Positions 50,857 to 64,000 of a stretch of DNA of 64,000 nucleotides are shown piece after piece; the stretch's first letter is position 1, and each line of letters opens with the position of its first letter. Under the pieces are notes generated by a model that saw only the letters and a list, made by a program, of their open reading frames with translations, had not been told where the DNA came from and made no database searches. Position numbers and translations under genes: made by a program. Source of the DNA: Schmidtea polychroa. Its lineage: Eukaryota. The DNA lies in assembly GCA_044892525.1 (NCBI GenBank), contig CM097886.1, positions 167,140,312 to 167,204,311 on the forward strand, written 5' to 3'.

Positions 50857-53669
50857 AAAACTACCCTAAAAAGTCAGTTGTATTCATGAATCTGATAGGA
50901 AAAACGCTAAATTTTATTGTAATGAGCCGTTAGATGGTCTTTTCGAAATCTTTAAAATGCTGTTATGAATTGAAATATAAAATATTCAGAATGAAACGCA
51001 ATTAATATTTTATAAACAAAACTGATTATAATTTTAAAAAACAGTCTCAATGAAAATAAAACACGAATATCATAACACGAATATCATACATGCTATTGAT
51101 GCGGTTCGAAATGCTTTGTTTACGTGCAATTATTCGATTTTTTTTGTTGTGGTTATAATTTTAATTTGATTATCACATCACATCAAGTGTATAAATGCCT
51201 TTTTAAAATTTTGAAAGGAAACTGTTCTCAGAATTATTTTGAAGTGTTGGGCTGAAAACGAGAACTGAGAGTTTGTTTTAATCGATCGAAAATACCTAAC
51301 ACAAAAACCGCAAAGTTGAAAAATTTATGACCAAGGTTTAATTTAAAATAAATAAAATAAACTACATTACACATTAAGAATCAATAAACCCCGTATAATA
51401 GAATAAAGAGATAAATAAATTTAACAGAAAATTCAACACTTAAAAATTTAAATAGAAAAATAATAAAATAGAAAATGGAATTAGTTGAAAATTATTTAAA
51501 CAATATAAAAATTAAATCGTCAAAAATAATAAAATTAATTAGCATTATGTAAATTGTAAAGTTTATAGAATTAAATGGTTATTTAACTTATTAAATTTAA
51601 AGAATAAAAATGTTTAAATTAATAAAAATTAATATAACTCAAATTAGTTAAATTATAAAATTTGTAAAATTAAAATTAATAAAAATTAAATAAGAAATTA
51701 ATTAAATTTATGAAATTAAAACAAATAAATAATTACACACATTCATGCATGTGTGCAAAATCAATTCAATAATTCTCGCACTCTGATTGGATAGAGTACG
51801 CATTCAAAATCAGTATAAATACTGATCACAAATTCAATTGAAAAACACTCTCTCACTTTTTCCAACATAGCCACTTAATTTGCAGAACTCTCAGTTTCGA
51901 TTTTATGCCAACGTGGATGTGGTAATTTATTTGTTATTGTTTTCTGTAATTTTTATGGAGTATTTTAATTAATAAATTTTATATGCTATTAATGTTTCGG
52001 TTAAATTTTCTTTAGTGATCCTTTTTAATGGTTTAAATTCATTTATTCTAAATCATAGTTTTTATTGAATTCAATTATATTATTTGTTGATTGTGTCGAT
52101 GGTCTGGGCTGGGGAAAAGTTTGTGGACGGGCGGCACTACGTGTTGTTGGTCGGCAGATATTTCGCCGGTTGAGTCCATCGAGTTAGAGGACAGTGATAG
52201 TGATAGGAATGATTTGGGAGTGTAATGTCATTTTAGGTCGTTTAGGATTTTATTTAGATTTAGATAATGTAGGTGGCTTAGTCGCCTTTATGTTTTATAG
52301 ACATAAGTGAGTTAGGAGTAAAGATGGAATAGTTGAGACCAGTTGAAGATGGATACAGTTAGATTTATGTAATTTTTCCGACAGCTCAGGATTAGAAACA
52401 CAGGCAGATCCCTGCTCAAAATCTTTGAAGAACAATTTAAATATTATGGCAAGTGTGGATTAACTTGAAAATAAGGGCCAATCCCTGCGCAAATTTTTCA
52501 AAGGATAATTTAAATATTGTAGGAAGTGTAGAACAATAATTACTAGCTGGGAAATAAGGACGGATCCCTGCACAAAATTTTATAAGAGAACAATTAAAAA
52601 TACCCGTAATTGAGGACCAACATCGATCCAAAAATAGCATATATAGTGAATAAGGACGTAAGATCTTCTATCGGCAGTCTAGAACCCGAAAAGAAAATCC
52701 AATGGGGAGTAGTTTTAGTAATAGAGCTCACCTGCTCATTGTTTTTTCACCTTTGTGTACAGTACCAACATGGTCGTCGCCATGGGTACACAAATGGTTT
52801 AAATTGCAATAGTCATGGAGGTGCTTAGGAAAGAGTCGAACGATTATGATTACCCCTAACGTATTTTAAATTGTAAAAAGGACACACCCCTAAGTAACCA
52901 ACAGAAGTAAATAAATTTTATATCAGTTGGTAGTAAAGCATTCAACTTTTACCATAAACCCACCACCACATTATAACGTTATATGACATTAATGATGTTA
53001 ATAATCTTTAAATTATGTACGAAAGTTCAAAAAATGTTCAGTTTAAAATTAAATTATAATCAACACAATAAAACACTTATCATTTGTATAAAAAAGATCG
53101 AATTTCAATAAATAAATTACTTTGATATAGAAAAATATGCTTTTTTTACTATCAGAATAAAAATATTTTAAAGTAATTGAGTTTTTCCAATGTATTTTGT
53201 GAAATAAAATTTGATAAATTAATTTTAAATGACACAAATTAATTTTTATGTTAAATTTCAAATTATGATTAATAATGCAAATGTGTTTAAATAAATAAAT
53301 AATAAAATTAGTTCCAGGAACTTTTTAAATAATTTTTTAATTGTAAAACTTAAATTAATTACCGCCATCCGATTTATTTATTAAAATATTAATTGAATAA
53401 ATCTATTTCCAGGGATGAAGAAAACCAAATTAACTTCACAGGAGTATAACAGGAAGTTAGAACATCAAATATACTTGGTAAATGAATTATTTGCCATTTA
53501 GTGTAATAATAGTTTTAGGCTCAAGAACATCCTGCAAAAATTTACGATCTTACCGACTGTAACATAAATCAAGTTTTTATATGTATAATTAGTAAATTTT
53601 CAACGACATTTCAACAATTCAGATCCCAAAAGGAGTGTTTACCTATTGTAAAGTCCTTCGAAAATATAG

Positions 53670-53811
53670 TCTGAATTTAGGAGAAAACAATTTAAATTCA
53701 CTAGAATCCGGTGGAAATCTGGAGGATCTAAGTTATTTAGGAGCCTTAATTTTATCAAAAAACTCTTTCAAATTCCTGTCATCTGATTTTTGCAAATTAA
53801 TTAATTTGAAG
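53670..53811 (+). CDS. Candidate exon encoding leucine-rich repeats
   Basis: AG/GT-bounded open frame LNLGENNLNSLESGGNLEDLSYLGALILSKNSFKFLSSDFCKLINLK, fitting LxxLxLxxNxL. Confidence 0.55.
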
Positions 53812-54190
53812 GTAATTCCGAATTAATTTCATAAATATTTCAATATATTAAATCTTTTTTCTTAACTATTTTATTTGAGTAAAAATAAATAAATTTTTAA
53901 ATAAAAAATAATTAATTATTTTATTAAACATCATTCGTATTGTTATTGTTAATTTATTATATTAAATGGTTATTGAGTGAATGTGAGGTGTTTATAGGCT
54001 GCATGGAAGATGGCAAGTAATTGCATATGGATTGCATGTGAATTGCATATTTATTGCTTCTAAACGGATATCAAATTGCTCATCAAATTGCTCATACAAA
54101 TTTGTTAATTTCTTTTATTGCATCGATTGTTTTCAGGTTTTGGTAGCATTTTTAATGAGAAAATCGTATTTTTCATTCTGTTTATCGTGT

Positions 54191-54685
54191 TTCCTATCCA
54201 TGAATCACATGTGATTCAAGGGCGTAAATTGATGAAATGGGGGAAATTGAATGGAATTAGCTGCACAATTGAAGCTTTATTTTACTTTCCATGCATTTCT
54301 TGACATTTTATCGCATTCCCCCTCTATTTATCGTTTTTCCTATCCATGAATCACATGTGATTCAAGGGCGTAAATTGATGAAATGGGGGAAATTGAATGG
54401 AATTAGCTGCACAATTGAAGCTTAATTTTACTTTCCATGCATTTCTTTACATTTTATCGCATTTCTCCCCTATTTATCGAGTTTCCTATCCATGAATCAC
54501 ATGTGATTCAAGGGCGTAAATTGATGAAATTGAATGGAATTAGCTGCACAATTGAAGCTTAATTTTACTTTCCATGCATTTCTTGACATTTTATCGCATT
54601 CCCCCACTATTTATCGTTTTTCCTATCCATGAATCACATGTGATTCAAGGGTGTAAATTGATGAAATTTGGGAAATTGAATAGAA
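54191..54685. repeat. 146-bp tandem satellite (three full units plus a partial)
   Basis: TTCCTATCC recurs at 54191, 54337, 54483 and 54620 (the third unit is 9 bp shorter). Each unit has the perfect 18-bp palindrome TGAATCACATGTGATTCA. Confidence 0.9.
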
Positions 54686-57019
54686 TAATTATACTCTGAC
54701 TGTAGTGGTTACGGAATTGAAATTTAGTAATTGAATATAATAATTAAAATTCTGGAAATAAGTACCTAATACATTTATTTAAATAACAAGTTTTTTGAAT
54801 AATAATAATAAGTTTTCAACGTTTTATTTCTTTTATTAATCATTATTATTATCATGCGGTGTGATGTGCAGCAGAGCTTTCAGGCATTCTTGGCAACAAA
54901 ATATGGAAGGATCGATATTAGATGTAAGAAATACAAAAATGGTGTCAAAACTAAACAGAACATTTTATATTCTTACTTTCAACATGTTTAAAAATAAAAT
55001 CATATTTTTGGTGAATCTTCCGTTAATTTTTACATCTGCTTCCACGATAAACCCGATTTGTCTCTTTCACGCCCTCTTACCTTTGTGATGCCTCCTGAAT
55101 CCTTTTCGAAAATCAGTTGACTTCCGAATTCATGCTAATTGAAGAACAATTCAGCTCGATAAATCACCAATAACTTTTCCCCAATTCTATCACAGTCACA
55201 GATTCGATCACAGACCACTACATTTCTCGACTTAGTAACCACCCGAGCTTCTTCAAAAAAAGTTATCAAATTCATGTCATTTACTCAATATGTATATCAA
55301 TAAGTCTGATTGTGTTCTGATCTCGTTTATCAATTTACATGTAATTGATAAAGTGTAAAATCTTCCACCATCTCTGTTTTCAAGTTCTTGAATATTATCG
55401 ATTGGATACATTGACTAATATTAGTGAGTACAAGGGCTTTATTACACAAACTGCTAATAGTTATTGACAATGTGTAATTTGTGAAGCTTTGTTAATAAAA
55501 CCATTGGATCCAAAATGAATGTTTTTAAATAGTTTTTGTTGTAAAATGTGACTGGAATGTTATTGATTTTTAATGTATTAAATATTTGATTTAAATCATT
55601 CTAAATTTCTATTGTTTAAATAGTTCATATGTCCAACCTTTTTATACTAAAGACCCACTTTTTAATCCAACTACCTTGAGACCTACCAATGTCCAAATAA
55701 TTTAGATCTTCAATTAGTATAACTTCAGTTTATTTCACTTCATTTTAAAATTTAAAAATATATATAAAAAGAATAAAAACAACAAAAAATTCAAACAAAT
55801 AAAAAAATATTAATTATTAATTTCAAAAACATATAAGAAAAAATCATATATTAATGTTATCTTTGGCNNNNNNNNNNNNNNNNNNNNNNNNNNNNNNNNN
55901 NNNNNNNNNNNNNNNNNNNNNNNNNNNNNNNNNNNNNNNNNNNNNNNNNNNNNNNNNNNNNNNNNNNNNNNNNNNNNNNNNNNNNNNNNNNNNNNNNNNN
56001 NNNNNNNNNNNNNNNAAAGACAAAAAGATTTTAGTTACCTCTTGGAAACTCCTAAAGAAATTTTACTACACCCATTCCTACTTAAAACATATTTTTTTAA
56101 ATTTGCACAATTTCTTTTTCAAAATTTAAGATTTTTAGTTTGTAGTAGACGATCGACCGAAATTCATGTCGCGGTTGCCTGATTTATAGATTATTAGAAT
56201 TAGAAATTCTATCCTAATAAACTCTATAAATATATTTAGTATAAATTGAAAAATAATTGATTATTTAAATTAAATTTTAAACATATATTTAAAAATTAAT
56301 TAACATTTGATAAAATGATAACAACAATATTTCATTTTTGTGCATTTTGCCATTATATTCTTCTCCATTTTATCTTTTTCTCTATAAATCTTGTTCCATT
56401 ACTGTCACAAAGTTCCATTCTTGAACAATAAACAAAATCCTTGATGCTAACTTCTCTACATGTGATTAAATAATTTCCAACTATATTTGTGTTGAATATG
56501 CCCTACTGGCTTACTCTATGACCACATATTATACATTCTAGAAATTATCGCTTGACTTCAACAAATTCCAAAAGTTTCCAGTTGTTGTCATTCAGCTTCC
56601 GAATTTAAAGATTTTAAATCTCGCTGGTAATTTATTTGATTTGAATATTATTAATCAATTGTGTTATTATTGTGCTAATTCAAATTATTATTGCTTGTTG
56701 CAAATAGTAAGCTTTTCGAACTCAAATAATTTAATTGCTTCCTTTTCTCTTTTAGTCTCTTTATATTAATGTAATTTTAATATGTTCAAGAATCGATAAA
56801 ATTGTGATGTGCAGTAAGACCTCGTTTAGCACTTAGGTTACGTTCCTAGGCAAAAATACTGAAAATGAAATAGCGTTAAATAAGGTCATAGTAAATAGGA
56901 AATAATTTTTTAGACATGGAAAATAGGAAAAGAGAAACATGCGAAAAAAATTGACAAATTTTAGATTCAATTTTAAGTTATGTATTTATAAATTTGTATA
57001 ACAATATATTGATTTTGTT

Positions 57020-58420
57020 GAATTGAAGTTGCCTGGTGTCACTTGTCGCTTTTGTTTCCTCTCGGTAATCAAATATCTGTAGCAAAACATCACATCCAAA
57101 ACGCCTCAATTTTCTTCTGTACTCCTTTCAAAATCAGGCTCATTTGCTACTATGTGATCAGTAATTTCGGTTATTGTTACCAAAGTTTTACTAAGAAAAA
57201 ATGTAGCAAGTTCATTGGGTTCTTTGTATTCAGAATCACTATTTTCAAGTTCTACATAAATTCGTTGTTTTACCAGTTCTTTAAGGTCGTTAATAAAGTT
57301 CTCCCCAGAAACCTCAATATCTTGTCCATCGACATCTCCTAGTTCTGCATAATCTATTATAAATGGAGCCTTTGGTTTGTTTTTTAATCTACACTAACGT
57401 TTTACGGATTGCAAGGAGTTCCAAAATTCCTGTTCAGAAATAATAGTTTAAATGTTATAAGTTTAATCGGCTAGTTGAAATAACTATTGATGTTAAATTT
57501 GTATATTAAAATCTATAAAAAGTAGTTATATTTCTGTTCAATAGTTGCATCAATATTAATAATTATCACGCCTCAGTTGTATAAATTTTCAGAAAAAAAC
57601 GTGAGAATTTAATATTGTAATTAATAAATAAATGTTGGAAGAAAACTGGAATTGTATTAACACGGATGGACACAATTTTGTGGTAAACCAATAATGACCC
57701 AATATTTCTTATTAAATTCCAATATCATTGGTAAACTAGATTTTATAATTTCTTTCGTGTGTCTTGGCGTTTTGGAATGAAACGTGAGCAATAGGATTAA
57801 TTTAATATCACAATTGGCATTACTAACCAGAAAAAGGATGGAACGAATTTTTGAAGCTTTGAATCTAGGTGCTCGCTTTTGTTCTCGTGATATAAATGGA
57901 CGCTTCGACATTATCTTCCAGATAAGTTCCGTTTCCTTAAGATTGAAAGCTAATTCCGGAGGATCATTCACTCTTTGAATTATTATTATTTTTATCGCTT
58001 TTAAAGTTTCTGGAAAAGCAGTAGCAGTAGCAGTATCTGCCCTTCGTGTTTTAGATTTATCTAACAAACCTCAACTAGCTCCAAAGTTTTCGTTCGTGTG
58101 GCTTCTTTGATTTTGAATGTGTTTAAAAATGCTTATGACCGATTGCATGATTATTTCCTGATTTAGTAGCATATTGAGTTCGATTTATCACCAATCCAAA
58201 CGCAAAAACTTTTCTCCATTTCCTCTTAAACAATTGCTTCTGGATAGGATTACATTGTGATTGAAGCCGCTGATAACCTAATTTTGTCCTGGTTTTTTAA
58301 AATGGTTCGTATAGTAAAAATAGACAAATTAAAATCGGTTCCAATCTCGACTTGATGTTCACTGTTTTCCAATTGCCTTAGCACATGCATTTATATGTCA
58401 AGCGAAATGATTCATTATTA
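57020..58420 (-). pseudogene. Tigger/pogo (CENP-B-like) transposase pseudogene, interrupted by the dispersed repeat at ~57450-57645
   Basis: N-terminal HTH-like VLRQLENSEHQVEIGTDFNLSIFTIRTILKNQDKI; DDE region NLKETELIWKIMSKRPFISREQKRAPRFKASKIR...KSSLP (ORF 57657-58067); C-terminal GDVDGQDIE...EPDFERS. Many stops. Confidence 0.85.
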
Positions 58421-59229
58421 TCTTTACACTCATGCTTTTTTAATAATCTCAGAAATTATAAGAATAAATTTCTAATAATACAAATAGAATTTTTCTTGGT
58501 TTCCTTACATAATAATGTGAATGATTGGAGCAGATAAATTTATAACATTTTACACAGCCCTCCAAATATTATTAATAGCATGAACACTTTTTCACTACTA
58601 ATAAACACGATGCACGAAAACAAACATAGATTTAGGAAAAGTACAGCACTACGGTTAATTGCCACTTCGCTGATTTGTGGTTTATAAATAGTGGATTGTG
58701 GGTAAGATAAATAGTATCACAATTTCTTAAATAAAGTTTTTGGAATTTATCAATTATTCTTATTCTTTACAATATTTAAAATATATTTAAAAATGATTTA
58801 CTAATAAAAGCTTGTTTAATTTTTTAATTTAAAAATCTCAATTCAAAAAATTGAATATAAAAATGTTTTTAAAAGTTATTTTAAATAGTGAATTTTTTAT
58901 CATTTAAAATTATTTTAATAAATCATTGAAATATTTAATTCTCAGCTGAAAGCACCTCACAATATCAATACTATCATTATTAAATTACTGAATTATTATC
59001 GATTCTAAAACATAATCAAGGGATAAATAATATAAAATCAATATTAAAAAATCTTTCTAATAAAACTAAAACCGAGAAAAATGAGTTGGATTGGACAAAA
59101 AATTTCAAATTTGAGAACAATAAAATTTCAATACAATCTGAAACACAAGTTCCCGATATCGAACGGCACTTAATCTTGTTTAAATATTCATTTTAGTAGA
59201 TCTTGATAAAACTTATTATATATATTCCA

Positions 59230-59460
59230 AATTAAGCACATTATAATTGGAATGAAATTATCCTTATTATGCCTAACCAATATTCAATATTTGATAAAAC
59301 TGACAAAATCAGAGCTATCTAAGAAAGGTTTACGGCATTTTAGTATAAACACTTTAAAGCTTATTCTCAAAAAACTAACAATTTCCAATTTATTTTATGC
59401 ACTTCCCACAATAAATCAACATGTCTTGAAGCTGGAAGATCGTTTTCAGTAGTAGGATTT
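59230..59460 (+). pseudogene. Possible non-LTR retrotransposon RT C-terminal fragment
   Basis: LKLILKKLTISNLFYALPT...LEDRFQ resembles the LINE pattern L..LY..L..S.L.YA.P.W...LE..Q. Confidence 0.4.
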
Positions 59461-60699
59461 TTTGGCAAAATTATGCGTAAGAATGTGAGGAAACACCTTA
59501 AACATCCTTGGCTCTTAGGATGCTGCTTGAGTAAAAAGAATATACCTTAAAAATAAGAAAAGTACTTATATCTATATAAATTATTAGATTTTTCAATAAA
59601 TAGAAATTACTTTATTTTTCAAATATAAGAAATACTAAAATGTAATAGAAATTATATATAGAATTTTTTATAGAAAATTTAGTTAATTTTTGGACATACC
59701 AATTTTGTAAATATGCATCTATATTTCTATTGTTATCTATTTAAGGATTTCTGATAAGTTATTATTCTTATTTGCCTCTTATTTGTAATTTTTAATGTCG
59801 TTAATTTTCAAAAATTAGGATTGGTGGACAACCGAAGTTCAAATTTGAATTATTTAGCAATTAAAATAAAATAAATCATAAATTTGGATTTTAATAAAAC
59901 CAAGAAAATTTATTGGAATGTAAAATGGAAGAAATTTTATCAAAAATTTATAACAAATACGAAGAGAAAAATATTAAAAACCAAGATATTTAAAGAAAAT
60001 TACATTATCTAATATATTTTTCTTCGGCCATTTTCGGCTCGTGACACTCTTATGTCCAAAATATTTCCGTTATTAACAATATTTGTAATCTTATTCCGTC
60101 AAGCTGTGTCACTTGATAAGTCAACTGAAACGACTGAGTGAGTAGTTAAAAAGATTCCAAGCTAAGATTTGTCACATGTGAAAATAAATTCGATGTATAG
60201 TCGTAATGAAAATAAATGAAATAGCAATATCAATTANNNNNNNNNNNNNNNNNNNNNNNNNNNNNNNNNNNNNNNNNNNNNNNNNNNNNNNNNNNNNNNN
60301 NNNNNNNNNNNNNNNNNNNNNNNNNNNNNNNNNNNNNNNNNNNNNNNNNNNNNNNNNNNNNNNNNNNNNNNNNNNNNNNNNNNNNACATACATGGAAATG
60401 ATATAATTATAAGATAACGCCAATCAAACATTCTTTTCACAATATATTTCGACAGTTTTCCTGTCATCATCAGATGGAATATAATAACTATGTACTTTAT
60501 GGATTTTAAACAAATTTATTAATTTTATAAAAACATTTTTATTTAATAAAAATATTTAATTATTTTTAAAATTTAAAATTAAATTAATATATTATTTTTA
60601 AAAATTTTAAACATTCAAAATTTAATTTAATAATTTCAAAAATTTTTATTAATTATTTTTTCTTCTCATTGGTCAAAAATAACATTAAACTAACATTAA

Positions 60700-61190
60700 A
60701 TGAGACTTCAGCGTGGAGCAAAGCAGCAACCCCATTTCGCTTGCCAAGCTCCATCCGAAGTGAACATGACCATCTTCTTTAAGTCCAGCTTGTTTTCAAG
60801 ATAAAACTGTTTGATTGCTGCAAAGACTGACAAACGCATATTTTTGCTTATCCAGCTTTCTGGAATAATAATGTACTTCGCCATGTGATCATGGATTTCA
60901 TGAATTTTTACTTAATCACCTGTACGTTGAGGATAATTAAGTTCCCTTCGCAGCTGCCTGTCGATGACAGATTTATTCAGCAGAGTTGATACGCCAGTTC
61001 CAGAATTCAGTCGTTTTAATTTTGCCAACGAATCCAAATGAATCTTATGAGTAAGATGTCTTTTCAAATATTTATTTTCCATTGCTTCAAATGATTTACC
61101 GATAGCAAAGTCACTAATATACTTTGCTTCTGAGTATATTTTGCATATGACACCCTCCTCCAAAGAAAAGCTAAAAATGCTCCCCAATTC
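60700..61190 (-). pseudogene. Decayed hAT transposase fragment (TTF zinc finger / ZNF862-like)
   Basis: VICKIYS...LKRHLTHKIH (finger-like) followed by MVMFTSDGA, similar to the hAT catalytic xSDGA motif. Interrupted. Confidence 0.5.
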
Positions 61191-62030
61191 AACGCATTTA
61201 GGAAATTTCGATTCAACAGTTTCTGTTTCAATTAATTCATTTAACCAGGACAGTTTAAACGTAACAGCAGATTTTTTCCGAGGAGGTTCTATAGCAACTT
61301 TTTATCTTCGTTTAATTTTCTTTTTGACATTTTATTTTATGGGGATTAAAAAATTCAAAATTATTATATACTATTGGCTATATATTTAAGCTAGATTCGA
61401 TATTTCGATAAAATAGTGAATAACTGAATGATGTCGAGTCGACAAGACACAATGAAACCTAAACTCAAAATCGGTTATTTTACTTAGTCTAGACTGGAGT
61501 CTGATCAAGCCCACCCCCTGTAGAAATGTTGCTGACATTGAGTTATTACATCTTGGATTTAAAGTACATTTATCAGCTGACAATATATTAACCAAAGCCT
61601 ATAGCATGTGAAAGGGGCATGCGAATGAGCTTCATGATATCTATGAGACGACAACATCTTATCATCAGAGGCATATCTGTCTTCCAGTCAAGCACTCATC
61701 GTATCGGTTNNNNNNNNNNNNNNNNNNNNNNNNNNNNNNNNNNNNNNNNNNNNNNNNNNNNNNNNNNNNNNNNNNNNNNNNNNNNNNNNNNNNNNNNNNN
61801 NNNNNNNNNNNNNNNNNNNNNNNNNNNNNNNNNNNNNNNNNNNNNNNNNNNNNNNNNNNNNNNNNNNNNNNNNNNNNNNNNATTTCTGATACTAAAAGAT
61901 ACTAGAATACTTTCCATTTGGTTTTTGATATTATAGAGTTCAGCAAAATATGATTTGAATGGCCTAATAATAGAAATATCGAATTCATCAATTTGTGTTT
62001 TACTAAATTAAATTTCATTTCTGACCTCAG

Positions 62031-62195
62031 GCAATTCAATCAAAATAATTCCCAAAGAAGTTGCACATTTCAAATCGTTGGAAAGCTTCAATTTATTGAA
62101 TAATCCATTAACGAACATTGCTCCAGAAGTATGTCAAATTTCCACTTTGAAAATGTTCCATGTCAGTTTAGAAAATGTCAAAAATATTCCCAGTG
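62031..62195 (+). CDS. Candidate symmetric phase-1 exon encoding leucine-rich repeats
   Basis: CAG|...|GTAATA, 165 nt, open: GNSIKIIPKEVAHFKSLESFNLLNNPLTNIAPEVCQISTLKMFHVSLENVKNIPS. Confidence 0.6.
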
Positions 62196-63029
62196 GTAAT
62201 AATAATATTTTGACTGACATTTAATTCTTTATTTTAATTGATTAAAATATTTTATATTGAATTGGTAACCATATTGTTATAAATTTTTGTTATTTTGTTA
62301 TTGCAAATAACCTTGGTTTTCGTGAAAATTATAAGAACAAATATTTATAAAATTACAAAAGAATTTTCCTTGTTATAATCATTTGATGAATTTAATTATG
62401 GTTTTGATTTTTGGGCTGCCTGGGTTGAAAATATATATAATGGTATTGTAATTGATAAATATTATTAATATTTTCATTATTATAATTATTATTATTTATT
62501 TTTTATTTATTATAATTTATTTTTATTATTATTAATTTATGATTTTTATTTTTGTTATTAATTATTATTATAATTATTATTTTTATTTATTAATTTTTTA
62601 TTATTTATTGATTTCATTATTATTAATTTTTTTAATTATTTTTATTTATTTTTTATTATTACTAAATATAATTACGCTCATCACTGATTCACTGACTGAT
62701 TCGCTGACTGATTCACTGACTGATTCTATAACGCTCGCTGATTGGTTGATCCTAACAATATCATAAAAAAATTCTCTCTCTCACTAATACTATCATAGAA
62801 TTTTTACACGAAAAAGCGCTTTCTAAGTTTATTTTGCAAAATAAAAATTAATTCGATTTTTCTATGTAAGTATAAATTAAATTAATCGACGCAATCAAAA
62901 ATAACTTGAATTTACTTTTAGGCATTCTTTACAACAATATTTATTACGAGCGTAATTATTTTATGATTTGTCAACGGGCGCCTTAGGCGCCTTGCAATTA
63001 ACTAGTTTATTATAATTTATTATTATATG

Positions 63030-63700
63030 GACCAACGACGAAAAACTAAGTTGGCTCCTTTTAAAAATATTAAAACTATTACACTAGTGATTCCCAAAGG
63101 TTTCCGTGAGAAAACTCAAGAGTCTTACGGATGTTACAAGAAAACAGCCTGTAAGGAAATATTTATACACTAAACATCAGCAATTTCATATTTACAGAAA
63201 GTAACTGTCATAAAGAATCATAAACAAAGGATAACTAATCGATACACTGAAGAGGAAGAGAATTATAAACAATGAAGTCCTACACATAAACGGATATCAC
63301 AATAAGGACGTTGAAAGAATTAATTCAAATTCAAAAGACTGGAATACAACGCAAAAAAGAAATATTTTTATCTGAATATTTCTCATATCAGTGACCAACT
63401 CGACTTCGCGATCCCTTAAAACTTGGTATAGCACACAAGTCTTTGAAGCACGCATCGAAGTGCGGCACAAAAAACATTTGCACAATGGAAAACTATAAGA
63501 CACCAAAGAATACATGCTTCTGTAAAGACTTTGTTTGTTGAATCACTTACAACGTATGCAAAGAAATATACATTGGAAGTATACTCATTAACTTGAACTA
63601 AATAATTACTGGAAATTACAATGAGAACATGAAGTTGTAGGAGCTCCTGCTATACGAAAATTTAACGAACTTAATGAAAAGATTAATGAAATAAATGAAG
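63030..63700 (+). pseudogene. Decayed Penelope-like element fragment (RT thumb and GIY-YIG region)
   Basis: INNEVLHINGYHNKDVERI (cf. L..NGYP) and VC*ITYNVCKEIYIGS (cf. VY.I.C..C...YIG.T), in the expected order. Many stops. Confidence 0.55.
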
Positions 63701-64000
63701 AATTAAATATCACAAAAATTAATAGAAATTAAACTACAAAATATGATTATATAGAAGTTTTATTTATTTATGCGACTTTGGCATTTAATTGTTAAGCTTT
63801 CATCATAATTTGATTATGTAAAATTTATATTTTAATTATTATTGAATATTTAATATATGTTTTGATTAAAGCTTTTTATCAATTAATTGTTCATTATTTT
63901 TATACCAAAGGCCTGGATTTACCCTTAGGCTGACAAGGCTGAACCCTAGGGCCCAACTATATAAACTTATTACATCTTTTAATTATTTGCAGATTATTAT

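Overview
Very AT-rich eukaryotic DNA with N-runs. Its transposon set (BEL/Pao, Ty3/Gypsy, Tigger, Charlie-type hAT, Penelope) is typical of animals, and predicted introns are tiny (41-50 nt). The dominant structure is a 12,948-bp insertion (20312-33259) with Polinton/Maverick hallmarks: AGTAGT...ACTACT termini and a 6-bp target-site duplication TACACC. It is almost entirely one palindrome, with two ~6.2-kb near-identical inverted arms around a ~455-bp spacer. Each arm carries only a protein-primed family B DNA polymerase gene, a CCAAT/TATA/Inr promoter firing outward, and palindrome-rich 144-147-bp repeats. No integrase, capsid, ATPase or protease ORF is visible. On the right arm the gene splices through six phase-1 mini-introns, the first splitting the ATG, into an uninterrupted 1236-aa protein; the left copy has a 1-bp frameshift. 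The window also holds a full-length but doubly mutated Ty3/Gypsy element (46419-50856) whose primer-binding site matches the 5' end of tRNA-Lys rather than a CCA end, a decayed relic of a second, divergent polB, several MITEs with exact TSDs, transposase and RT pseudogene fragments, a 146-bp satellite, an intronless RING/coiled-coil ORF and isolated LRR exons. All assignments come from reading motifs by eye; no database search was run.
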